Part shown: piece by piece, positions 49,926 through 62,543 of the stretch
Numbering within the stretch: the stretch's first letter is position 1
Layout of the letters: each line of letters starts with the position of its first letter
Source of the DNA: Octopus sinensis
Lineage: Eukaryota
Assembly (NCBI RefSeq): GCF_006345805.1
Contig: NC_043010.1
Coordinates: 49,910,001-49,974,000, forward strand
Reading direction: 5' to 3'
Length of the DNA: 64,000 bases
Program-made: the position numbers and the translations under genes
Notes under the pieces: generated by a model
The model's database searches: none
Told to the model about the DNA's origin: nothing
The model's input: the letters and a program-made list of their open reading frames with translations, nothing else

Positions 49926-51791
49926 GACGGGCTTCTTTCAGTTTCCATCTACCAAATCCACTCACAAGGCTTTGGTCAGCCCGAGGCTATAGTTGAAGAC
50001 ACTTGCCAAGATGCCACACAGTGGGACTGAACCTGGAACCATGTGGTTGGTAAGCAGGCTACTTACCACTCAGCCACAACAATTATGATTCAGATGTTTA
50101 TTGATCCCCTTGGATAGCCACATGGATCCAGGGGGATCAATAGTGATTACTTTGACAAACTTTTGTTTCGAATAAAATAAAAGTAAAAAATGCTGAGATA
50201 TTTTCCTGCTGGAGTTTGGGGCAATTAATAAAATTATGTAATGAACAGTGACAGATGAGGGCTACGTTAAATATATAACATCAAGGGTTAATCCTCTTTG
50301 TTAAGAGTTCACATCACAACTATATTTTCCCTTTTAACTTTTACTTGCTTCAGTCATTGGACTGTGGCCATGCTGGGGCACTGCCTTGAAGAATTTTTAG
50401 TCAAATACTTAAGTTTCCTTTAATTTTTTTTTTCAAAGTCTGGTACTTATTCTATCAGTCTCTTTTACCTGAACCTCTAAGGCTACAGTAATATAGGCAA
50501 ATCAACAACAGCTGTGAAGTAGTAGGGATAGGTGAAAATCACACGCACACACTCATGCACACACACACACACACACACATACACACACACACCACATACC
50601 ACACACACATACACATGTGTATATATATATATATGAGCTTGTTAACTACACAGCCATGCCATGCATGGAGATTGCATTTCACAATACAACTAGAGACCCT
50701 AGGTATAGTCAACCGGCCCCACTCCCGACCTCCACCTTCAACAAAAAGGTTGAATGAGGCTCAAATGGTTTAAAAAGCACAATACAACAGATGTCAGTTC
50801 TCTCTGGAAATTCTAACTTCTGAACTGAATATTAATGCATGTTCACTTAAATGAATCAAAAAGTTTGCCAAAGTTATTAATAATTTCTCTTTGTGTGTGT
50901 GTGTGTGTGTGCATGCATATGTGTGTGTGTGTATGTATATGTGTATGTATGTGTGTATGCATGTGTGCTTCTGTGCGTGTATGTGTCTGTAGCCAAACAC
51001 CCTCATGAGAATCACCTAGCACCTCAGTAAGGCAAGCTACCAACAATGACGAGAACTTTGCTTAAGAAAAATTCTTAGAAAAGCAGAATGATATGAATTC
51101 TTTTTGAATAAAAATTTTATATTGTGTGTGAGTGTTTTGAAGAATGAAAGTGCTTCCACACAATATGAAAACCTCATTTCATAAGCTTCACGTCATTCTG
51201 CTTATCTAAGTATTTTTTTTTTAGATAGTTAATAACTTTTAAGAAAATCTTTCTTCAAATATGAGTCTGTGTGTGTGTGTTTTTATATGTGTGTGCAAAA
51301 TAACAATTTTAACTGCGTGGCACCTAGGGCAAGTGTCTTCTACAATAGCCTCGGGCCAATCAAAGCCTTGTGAGTGGATTTGGTAGACGGAAACTGAAAG
51401 AAGCTCGTCGTATATATGTATACGTATATATATATACGTGTGTGTGTGTGTTTGTGTGTTTGTGTTTGTGCCCCCCAACATTGCTTGACAACTGATGCTG
51501 GTGCGTTTACGTCCACGTAACTTAGCGATTTGGCAAAAGAGACTGATAGAATAAGTACGAATGCTAAAAGTGGAATGTACAAATGGGACAAGATACTCCA
51601 ACCTGTTTAGTTGGATAGAAACTCCAAATAAGAAATTATTCAAATTGTTAAGAGTAGGCGTAGGAGTGGCTGTGTGGTAAGCAGCTTGCTTATGAACCAC
51701 ATGGTTCCAGGTTCAGTCCCACTGTGTGGCACCTCTTCTACTATAGCTTTGGGACAACCAAATCCTTGTGAGTGGATTTGGTAGAAGCTCG

Positions 51792-51840
<49 letters not shown>

Positions 51841-53634
51841 CGTATGTGTGTGTATATGTTTGTGTGTCTGTGTTTGTCCCCACCAACATTGCTTGACAAC
51901 CGATGCTGGTATGTTTACGTCCCTGTAACTTAGCGGTTCGGCAAAAGAGACTGATAGAATAAGTACTAGGCTTACAAAGAATAAGTCCTGGGTTCGATTT
52001 GCTTGACTATAAGCGGTGCTCCAGCATTGCCGATGCCTTTTCTCACATCATCTATAGTCTGATGCCTTTTCTCATGTCATCTGCTCTTCAAAGTGTCCGG
52101 TGTACATTTTTTATCATGACACTAGCACTAGGGAGGTTATCACGTCCTTGATATGACTAAAGAATGGACCTTTTACACCCTACATTGTTGATGATTGGAA
52201 CTGCAGCTAGGTGTAGAAAATTTGCCTTACACACTTCCATGTGAATCATGCAAGCATAGAAAAGTGGACTTTAAAACAACAATGATGATGGCAATGATGA
52301 TGATGAAGTTTTTTGTTTTATATTTTTTTTACTTGTTTCAGCTATTTGATTGTGGCCATGCTGGGGCAACACCTTGAAGAATTTTAGTTGAATGAATAAA
52401 CCCCAGAACTTGTTTATTATTTTTTTTTAAACTTGGTACTTATGCTGTCGGTTTCTTTTGCTGAACTACTAAGTTATGGGGGACATAAACACCAATACCG
52501 GTCATCAAGCAGCAGGTGGGGACAAACAGAGACACACAGGTAGACAGACACACAGGTAGACAGACAGACAGACAGACAGAAACACACTTACACACACACA
52601 CTTGCACATACACCCACACACACTTGTACATACACACACATACTTTCACATACACACACAGCTTCACATACACAACACACACGCACATGCATGCACACAC
52701 AACACACATATACACGCGTGCACATGTAACACACACAACACACACACACACTCACACACAACACACACACACACTCACACACATACCAGGCTTCTTTCAG
52801 TTTTCATCTACCAAATCCACTCACAAGGCTTTGGTTTATCCTGGTGCTAGAATACTTGCTACCGAACCCAGAACTGCCATGCACTGCTACCAAACCCAGA
52901 ACTGTGTGGTTGGGAAGCCAACTCCTTGCCACACAGTCATACCTATATATGTATGTAGAATATGAAGTACATTAGTTTCTGACATGTATTATGAAATATT
53001 GATTCAGCCCAATGATAAGTGCCTGTTGCTATTTGGAATTTAATTTCCTTATTTGTATTATTAGCTTTGTATCATACCACCATCTGGATAGGCAAACTTC
53101 CACACATCAGTGACAGAAAACAACTGATATTGATTAGATTAACTTGTCTTTGTTTTATGTTCACTGTGATGTTAATGTGACCTGAATAATAGTCATTTGA
53201 TTAAAGTTTAATTATATTTTATTTTATTGGGACGAGACACCTGTGCCTGTCCTTCTATTGTACATTTCTTCAACCCCAGCAACTGGCATAAAGCCACTTT
53301 TTCCCACAATTTCAAATATTTCATCCCACCTCCCACTTAGCCGAGGGTGATATTTTCTTTATTCATTTCACTTGTATTGTTCTTCTCCTATCCTCCAAAA
53401 TATTTGGTGGGCAGTGGCATCGAAGAAAGCACACAGTACATGCTGTAAAGTGGTTGGTGTTTTTAGGAAGGGCATCCAGCCATAGAAACCATACCAAAGC
53501 TGTCAAAGAGCATGATGCAGTCTCGTGGCTCACTGGATCCTGTCAAATCATTAAACCCACAAAATACACCCCCACACATACACTCACACACACACACATA
53601 CATACATACATACATACATACATACATACATACA

Positions 53635-53665
<31 letters not shown>

Positions 53666-54059
53666 TTGCATACATACATGCATACATACATACATACGTA
53701 CAAAAATGCCCTGTTGTTGATGTTGAAATTCCAATGAAGGAACTTTGTATGTAGGTTAGAAACCAGCTCTTTCTCTATTGGCAAGAAATCTTGAAATAAA
53801 ACTGATTAATGACATGCATACATACATACATACATACATACATACATACATACATACATACATACATACATACATACATGCATACATGCATACATACATA
53901 CATACATACATGCACATATTCATATACTTACATAACAAGATTTTCATTTTTCATCTACTAAATCAAGTCAGTGATTTTGATGTGATTGCTTTACGGAGCT
54001 GAATCTTAGACATTGTACCAAAAGCACATCAACTAGCTTGATACTTTCCATATGCAATG

Positions 54060-54400
54060 CTGAGTGACCATATTTGTAACAGTGAGGTGCTAACAAAATG
54101 CAACATATCAGGTATTGAAACCATCTTCATCAAAATACAGCTTAGATGGTCATGACATCTCATGTATGAGTAGCATCAGAATTCCAAAGCTACTTTACTT
54201 TGGCCAATTTCCAACAGGGAGGTCACTTGGAAGGCTACTCATGTGCTTGAAAGACAAATTAAAAGATAATCTGAAGCAATGCAACATTTCCTTTTCTTTC
54301 TCAGAAAACAAAGCATCAGAACACGGGACCTGGCACCAATCCTGCTTCTCCTCAGTTCAAAGATTTGAACAAAGTTGATTCCAGCATCGGGACCAATTTT
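54060..54400 (+). mobile_element. RTE-clade LINE C-terminal fragment
   Basis: GIETIFIKIQLRW..RIPKLLYFGQFPTGRSLGR..KDKLKDNLKQCNI. Confidence 0.7.
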
Positions 54401-55360
54401 ATGCAAGCATGGATACACGCTGGCAAAATGCTGCTTCTCTAGATGGAAGCCTTACCTGTCATTGTGGTTTTGTGACATGAAGCACAGCAGGCCTTGCCAT
54501 CCACTCACGATAATACATACTAAATAATCCGCAAAGCACTCAAGCAAACTGTGTCCTCAACTTGTTCCATTTGCCAAAAAGTTTGCAAGGCATCAGCAAG
54601 CCTCAGGAGAACCATTCATGTCCATAGAACATGATTACTGCTTTATTTTACCGAACATTCATTTGCCGTTCAAAATGAGAGAATCCATCATGTATATATA
54701 TGTATGTGTATGTATATATCTATATCTGTTTCTTGGAATTGTATCTTAAAGCACATAAATATGATAAAAAGTTGCTTTTGTTGCATGTATTTTTGTTTTT
54801 CCTTTTTTTGTGTTTTTCTTTTTTCTTTTTACTCTACATGTCTTTCCTATAATTAAAGAAATGTTTGATTTGGAATGAATACCGTATCTAGGGTATTTAT
54901 AACAATAGGACAAAATTTATCATGTTTACTCTCAACCGAAGTAAGGCCCTATAACCTCACTACCTCCTCCTGGTCCAATAGAAAAAAAATTTGACAGAAA
55001 TGTAGCAGATGAAAACCCAAAGAACCAGTCTTCAGCATCATGACAATGCTAATAAAATATAATGCATAATATTACACCTTTCTCTTTCTTAACTTTTGCT
55101 TGTTTCAGTTACTGGACTGCGGCCATGCTGGGGCACTGACTTGAAGGGCTTTAGTCAAATAAATTGACCTCCCAGTACTTGTATGTTTTTTTTTTTAAAA
55201 CCTGGTACTTATTCTGTTGGTCTCTCTTGTCAAATTGCTAAGTTACAGAAGCATAAACCAAACCAACGATAGTTGCCTAGTGATCGTGGGGAACAAATAC
55301 AAACACAAAAATGCACACACATAGATCTATACAAATATATATGTATATATATACATATAT

Positions 55361-55397
<37 letters not shown>

Positions 55398-56415
55398 TGG
55401 TAAAAACGGTAAGATAACAAAAGAAAGAAAGAGACCTCAATATTATGTAAATAGAGGAAATTCTCTGTAAATTAATATGTTACCATTATTCAATAGTCAA
55501 GATAAAACTCTGAGTTTCAGATGCTGAATAATATATATATATATATATTACTGTTCTTTCTTTATTTGTACTGTTTTTTTGTACTGTTTTTTCTTCATTT
55601 GTCTTGCTTTTACGTCCTGTTTTTGTTACTTGTTTTACCCCTCTGCAAAAGAATTTTATTTAATTCCTTTTGCAGGAAGGACTGCTTTGGCCTGGCCATG
55701 TACTGTCCTTACCTTCGAAACATGCATTGAGTCGAACCAGGGGCAGCTGATGAAGGGGAATTTTCCTTGTTTTGTTTGTCCTGTACTCTGTTTTTTCGTT
55801 GTTAAGAAAAAGTCTGTTTCCTTGTTTGATTTTATGTTTTCGTCTCTCGTTGTGTTCTACATTGATTTGTGGTGTCCTGTACTCATATATATATATATGC
55901 ATGTATATATACATGTAGATGTAAGTATGTACATATATGTATGTATATATGCATATATTTTATTTATTTATTATATATATATATATATATATGTGCGTGT
56001 GTGTGTGTTTGACTGTTCGTCCTCGTTCACCATCCTAAATCACACCCTGTGTTGTTTTACTTGTTTTGTTTTGTTTTGTTTGCTCTTGTCCCTAATTCTC
56101 CACAAAAACCCCCATTTTTTTGCATGCACCACCAATTGGGAAGCACTCAGTCTTATCTTGTTAAAGGTGCAAAACTGAACAGTACCAGTTGGTCAATAAC
56201 TGATGAAGAATTACAGACCTGTTTGTCTTCCATTTGTTTTTATATTCTGTATACATTGCATTATTTCTTTATACATTTTTCATTTATATATATAAATGTT
56301 TTTTGATTATTTATTGTTAAAACACATATTTTTCTATATTTATTTGATAATTGTTATTAGTTAAGATATGTACATTTATTTTATTATTATTTTTATTATT
56401 ATTATTACTATTTTA

Positions 56416-56516
56416 GACCTGATGAGTGACTATATTTTTAAATAGAATTAATTTTAAATCAATTGATTTTATTATTACTATCTATTTGAAAATATAGCCA
56501 TGAAACACGCATAGTC
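56416..56516 (+). ncRNA. Degenerate hammerhead motif with long AT-rich helix II
   Basis: GAC/GTC helix I; CTGATGA 56419-25; GTGACTATATTTT.../...AAAATATAGCCAT helix II; GAAA 56502-05; imperfect helix III ACACGCAT-A. Confidence 0.45.
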
Positions 56517-56626
56517 AATTTACTACTATTTACTATTTATCGTTTATGTACTTTATTGATTTTTAGAATAAGGTTTTTATAGTATATTTATTCTTTCTAT
56601 ATGGTATGAATATATATATATATATA

Positions 56627-56935
56627 TGTGGAGGCGCAATGGCCTAGTGGTTAGAGCAGTGGACTCGCGGTCGCAGGATCGCGGTTTCGATTCCCAGACC
56701 AGGCGTTGTGAGTGTTTATTGAGCGAAAACACCTAAAAGCTCCACGAGGCTCCGGCAGGGGGTGGTGATCCCTGCTGTACTCTTTCACCACTCTTTCTCT
56801 CACTCTTTCTTCTGTTGGCCTGCTCGCTTAGCCAGCGGGGTGGCGTCATTCGAAGGCTAAAACAATGCGAACGCATTGTGACCAGCGATGTGTAACAACA
56901 TCTGATGGTCTGGTCAGTCATGTGATCACGTGATA
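56627..56935 (+). mobile_element. tRNA-derived SINE (family 3, tail type B)
   Basis: Head GGAGGCGCAATGGCCTAGTGGTTAGAGCAG..GGTTTCGATTCCC. The tail is shared with 23455-23580. The same head with a different tail occurs at 32230-32530 and 36520-36810. Confidence 0.85.
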
Positions 56936-57399
56936 TATATATATATATATATATAGTTATAATAACAATAATCTTTGGATGGAATTTTTAAACATTTAAT
57001 AAATCGCTATGTTCTTTTCCACAAATCACATGTCTCTTAAGATCACAGTCCATATTCCTGGGATGATTACAGTGTAATCTGTAGTATCCATGAGCATCAG
57101 GCAGATCATTTTCATGGATTCATTTATCCTACATTATATTGGAACAGCTTGATACAACCCCCAAAAACTGGTTCACCAGTCAGTATCATTAGTCTCTGGC
57201 CAGCATAATGGAATAGGAGCTTTATTTGCATATTCAAAGTGTTACCATAAACAAATTTAAAATATATATAAAAAAATTTATATGTGTGTGTGTGATTGGC
57301 TTCTGTCAGTTGTTAACGAATTTATAATGAAATTTAAATTATATTGTCAAAATTTGAGTAAAGTTCTGATTTAGACTGATATCTTTTCTTTTCAGATGG

Positions 57400-58150
57400 A
57401 TGACTGAATTTACTGGATAATTAACTAATGAACTGGATAGTTAACTAACCAATTGATTGGAGGATTAAGTAACTGAATAGGTAAAGAGTTAACTAACCAA
57501 ATTGTTTAGCAAACTAACTAATTGAATTGATGAACTAATTAACTCCAAAGTTATTTACTAACTACCTGAAAAGTTAACTAACTGAAAAATTAATAAACTA
57601 GCTAAAGAATTAGGTAACCAACTAACTGTAGCTGACTAACTGAATTGTCAAGAAACCAATTAGCTTAATTGTCACGAAGCCAACTAACTGAATATTTTAC
57701 TAAAAAGTTGAAAACTCAATTAATGATATAGATAAATATTTAATTAATCAACTTGTTGAATAGTTAACTAAAGAACTACCAGAAGAGCAAACCAACCAAC
57801 CAACCAACCTACCAATCAACCAACTAACCGACCAACCAATCTACCAACTAACTAACCAACCAACTAACCAACCATCCAACCAACCAACCAACCAACCAAC
57901 CAACCAACCAACTAACCAACCAACCAACCACCAACCAACCAACCAACCAACCAACCAACTAACCAGCCCACCACTTGCTGACAAGTTAAGTTGTCAATTA
58001 GCTCAATGGTTAATTAACTAACCAGCAACAGCTTTGCATAACTAACCACCTGCTGGAAAAGTAAATCAACTAGCTTAGTAAAGAGTTAACCAACCAATTA
58101 ACCAACAAGCAAAAGTGTTGACTATGTTAACAGCTAAAGTAGTTAACTAA
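57400..58150. repeat. Degenerate (AACT/AACC)n low-complexity array
   Basis: About 750 bp rich in AACTAAC/TAACTG, with a purer (AACC)n core at about 57790-57960. Confidence 0.85.
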
Positions 58151-58699
58151 ACTAGCTAAACTGCTAAATAGTTGATGGTTCTACAATACGTAAAAGTGGC
58201 AAAGTTGACACCCAATCATTTGTGATATATCACTATATATCTAAATTTAATTTGTCAAAATATTTTCTTTGCTTTGAGGCGGCGAATTTCGTCAGTGAAC
58301 AGGTCACGGTCGCAAAACGACAAAAATATTTTGACAAATTAAAATTTAAATGTTGAAGTGAATCTAACAGATTTTGTGTGTTTCTTAAATGGCTTATAAA
58401 CACCTTCCATGCTGCAATTGTTTTCGTTCCAGCACATGATCTCTGATCAGGTCACTTGCTATGCAAGTACATCTCTGTAATTCACTATATATTTCTTGTT
58501 AAAGAACTGTGTACTAACTCAGCAGAGCTGAAATTTCTGACCTGGCTGAAAATTTGTTACCACAGGAAGAATGCCTCGATGTTCTTGCATTGATTACCAT
58601 TATATTGTGGACGGTTCCTCTCTCAGTGTAGATCTGTAAGTCGGAAAGAAGGAATTAGAGAGGGCACTTGCTCTTGGTGTTCAGGAAAATCTCGGACAG

Positions 58700-58770
58700 T
58701 GGGGTTCCTTGATTATCCCTAGAGGTCCTCTTGCATTAGGAGGGCTACATCTCCTTCATCCTCCTCACCA
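58700..58770 (-). mobile_element. Possible LINE apurinic endonuclease fragment
   Basis: GDVALLMQEDL resembles GGGVALYIREDL. The match is short, so support is weak. Confidence 0.33.
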
Positions 58771-61519
58771 CCCTTTTTTTAAACCTTTGTATGTTATGCA
58801 TATGTCCCATCTTTATTGTCTTCTATTTTACTAAAATATGAATAGATAATAGAACTGTACTAAAGAGGATTTCCAGTCACTCTTTGCATCTCCTACAGAT
58901 AATTTTCACCCTCTTTTTTAATTGTGAGTAGCCATGTAGTTCCTCTACAAGAACCAGATCTCCATCCCACTTTCTGTCATACTTAGCATAAAGTCAACCC
59001 TTTCCCTCGGGGTTTGTAGTCATATGAGCTGCATGACAATCTCACTAGTGCTGGTTGAATAAAAAAAATCACCCAGTACACACTATAAAGTGGTTGGCAT
59101 TAGGAAGGGCACCTGGCTGCAGAAACCATACCAAAGCAGACAGAAGAGCATGATACATTCCTTGGATGTATCAGATCCTGTCAAACCTGTCACCCAAGAC
59201 CACCATGGAAGATGAATGTTCATTGATGATAGAAGCTATGACACCAACTTCTATGTACATCATGGGATACTAATTGTTACAGTTGCAATGATAGATTACA
59301 TCAGACCTCATGTATCAGCTTAGATGGACATTCATGCTTGATGTTAAGCAACGACACAGACATCTGCTAAACAGCCAGCAAATAATTTTGAGACAAGTTT
59401 CAGAAAATAAGCGTATCTTATTGTTGTGACCGCCATTTTGGGCATTTCCATGATTTAAAATGCTCAGTTGACAGTTCATAACATCAAGATGGCGTTTGAA
59501 ACCACCTTCTTGTCTTACTTTTACATACAAGACAGCATTCTGAAATGAATACTGATGGGAAACAGTTTTTCTTCTAAACAATATTTTGTTTAAGTGCATG
59601 AATTCAGAATCTTTGAGAGTCATGAAGTAACTTGTTTGTTACCCGAATCAGATAAAGCTATAAATATTATATCTACAGGGATTTTTAATGCAATATTTAA
59701 CCCTTTTGTTACTGTATTTATTTTGAGATGCTCTGTGTTTCTTTCAATTAATTTTAAATATAACAAAGAATTTAGTAAAATAACTTAGTTATCATTCAGC
59801 TAGTGTTAGGAACATAAATTGTGACTTAGGTTTAGTGGAAGATTTTAATTCAAAACTTATGAAAACATGACATTTGTACTCAGAGCCAGTTTCAGCCGGA
59901 ATGGTAATGAAAGGGTTAAGTGTTGTTATTTATAGACGGCAAGCTGGCAGAATCATTAGCATGCCAGATGAAATGTTTTGTGGTAGTTCATCCGTCCTTA
60001 TGTTCTGAGTTCAAATTCCATTGAGGTTGGCTTTGCTTTTCATCTTTTTAGAGTTTATGAAATAAGTACCAGTTGAGCACTGGGTTTGATGTATTCAACT
60101 TTACCTCTCTTCTGAAATTGCTGGCCTTGTACCAAAATTTGAAATCAATATTTACATGTTGCTATTTATAGGCAGTGAACTGGCAGAATTATTAGCACAC
60201 TGGATGAAACGCTTAGTGGTATTTTGTCTGTCTTTATGTTCTGAGTTCAAATTCTGTTAAGGTCAACTTTGCCTTTTGTTTTTTCAGAGTCAATGAAATA
60301 AGTACCAGTTGAGTACTGGGGTTGATGCAATCAACTTAACTACTCTTGGGTACGAGCATAAACACTGCATCATTTTGCCAAGGCATATCGAACCAGTGTG
60401 GTAGAGTAGGCTCATCAAACAAATGTGATCTCAAGTTCAAAATGAATGGCCTCCACACCAGGCTGTGACTGGTGGAAAGAATATGTTGAGACCCTTGTCC
60501 AGTAGTGGACTGAAAATGGGAAATCCAATCTAATTTGTAGCCTTATTTAATTCATTGTTTTGATTATAAAGCATTATAAGTATAGGTATTAGTATGATAT
60601 TGCCTAAACATAGCATTTTGAAACAGAAAAGATAACCAGATCCTTCAACAGTGGAGTTATTTCTATTTTTTGTCTCAAACTGATGTTTATAATGTCTAAA
60701 TTCTCCATGTTGAAATTCTTAACAGTTTATTATTGAAAATATCAAATATGCATGGGCAACAAATCATATGGTTAAGGATTCAATTCCTTGGCAATGCCAT
60801 GCAATCTCAGATCATATAAGCACTGAAGAAGCTTTTGTATGGTCACTAAACCTGCTAGAGAGAGCCACCAAATCTCTCACTAATATATTCAGCATTCTTA
60901 GAAAAAGGGAAGTACAGATAATAGAGTCCAAGATAATTTCTAAAAAAAACCCCAAAAAAACCCATAAAAACCCCAAAAAACAAAAATATCTTTATGGTAA
61001 ACCTGCTTCATCAAGGCTGATCTGGAGTTAAGCAACAACAGCAGGCACAACAACAACAACAATATAATTATAACCCCTATACAAGGAAGGTGAAGGTATG
61101 CATATTCATATTAACCTGTTTGTTATTTTTGAAGATGATTAACAACAGCTCCCTCTCAAGCTATAAAACAAAACAGCTTCTTTTGGTAAAATCACATACT
61201 TCATTTAATATTAAACTTAGAAAATACTTAGTCAGTACAATACTTGATAGCCGGTGCACTACACATTACATTCATCTGCTAATTTTCATTTGCTTATTAT
61301 ATTTGCTTTGTAATTAAAGATTTGAAACAACCAATAGCTATATTAAGTAGTGGTGCCGCAGGTATTTACTGCCAGATTACCTGCATGTCACTACTTAATG
61401 CTAGACTATTTTGGTAAAACATCATCAGACGCAACTGCCAGGATTTTAGAAAAGAATTTTAAAAAATGCTAATTATTTTTTGTATTACTAATTTCATTAT
61501 TTTCAATCAACATCATCAT

Positions 61520-62040
61520 CATCATCATCTTCATCATCGTTTAACATCCGCTTTCCATGCTGGGATGGGTTGGACGGTTCAACTGGGGTCTGGGAAGCCA
61601 GAAGGCTGCTGCACCAGGCCCAGTCCGATCTGGCAGTGTTTCTACAGCTGGATGCCCTTCCTAACACCAACCACTCCATGAGTGTAGTGGGTGCTTTTTA
61701 CGTGCCACCAGCACAGGTGCCAGACAAGGCTGGCAAATGGCCACGATCGGATGGTGCTTTTTACGTGCCACTGGCACGGATGCCAGTCGGGCGACGCTGG
61801 CTACGGCCACATTCGGATGGTTCTCTTACGTGCCACCGGCACTGGTATCACAGCTACAAATTCCATTGATGTTGACAGATTACGATTTTGATTTTCACTT
61901 GCCTCGACAGGTCTTCACAAGTGGAGTTTTGTGTCCCAAGAAGGAAAGGAATGCATAAGTGAGCTGGCTACATCCCAGGTATAGGCCACAGGATTATAGC
62001 CTCACTTGTCCTGCCGGGTCTTCTCACGCACAGCATACTT
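61520..62040 (-). mobile_element. Retroposon family with RTE-type 3' end, (ATG)n tail and internal about 60-bp tandem units
   Basis: Plus strand starts (CAT)n CGTTTAAC and contains GGATGCCCTTCCTAAC and three TTACGTGCCAC units. Copies: about 1721-2212(+), 8545-8780, 9850-10110, 11520-11700, 30040-30160, 37290-37450, 40380-40730, 44040-44260, 46200-46320, 53430-53560, 59040-59230. Confidence 0.78.
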
Positions 62041-62233
62041 CCAATTTGTAAATATTTGTAAATATGTGATACTTAGGTACCAGCATGGCTGTGTGGTTAA
62101 GAAGCTTGTTGCCCAACCATATCGTTTCAGATTCAGTCCCAATGTGCAGCACCTTTGGACCTTGGGCAAGAGTTTTCTGCTATAGCTCCAGGCCTAATGA
62201 GTGGATTTGGTCGACAGAAACTGAAAGAATGCT

Positions 62234-62280
<47 letters not shown>

Positions 62281-62333
62281 GCATTCTTTATATATATACA
62301 GACACACACACACATTATATATATAAAAGCATT

Positions 62334-62373
<40 letters not shown>

Positions 62374-62506
62374 ATACACAGGGGGAGAGAGAGAGAGAGA
62401 GAGAGAGAGCGAAAAGGTGGTCAGAATTTGGATATAAACTACTAATTTAGTGCTTTTGTCTCTTTTAGGGATTCATCATGAATGATTTCTTATAGAAAAT
62501 TCATAC

Positions 62507-62543
<37 letters not shown>

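Noticed and set aside
55715-55775. GAAAC...CTGATGAAGGGG as a permuted (type II) hammerhead
   Set aside because: Helix II pairing is weak, and the hairpin after CTGATGA is not followed by GAAA. It may be a Penelope-related relic, but a ribozyme fold is unsupported.
56990-57140. Minus-strand open stretch NEIHENDLPDAHGYYRLHCNHPRNMDCDLKRHVICG as a coding exon
   Set aside because: Under 50 codons, weak acceptor, no recognisable domain and no partner exons.
58243-58347. 24-26-bp inverted repeat as a structured RNA
   Set aside because: AT-only arms around a degenerate interior; most likely a MITE remnant.
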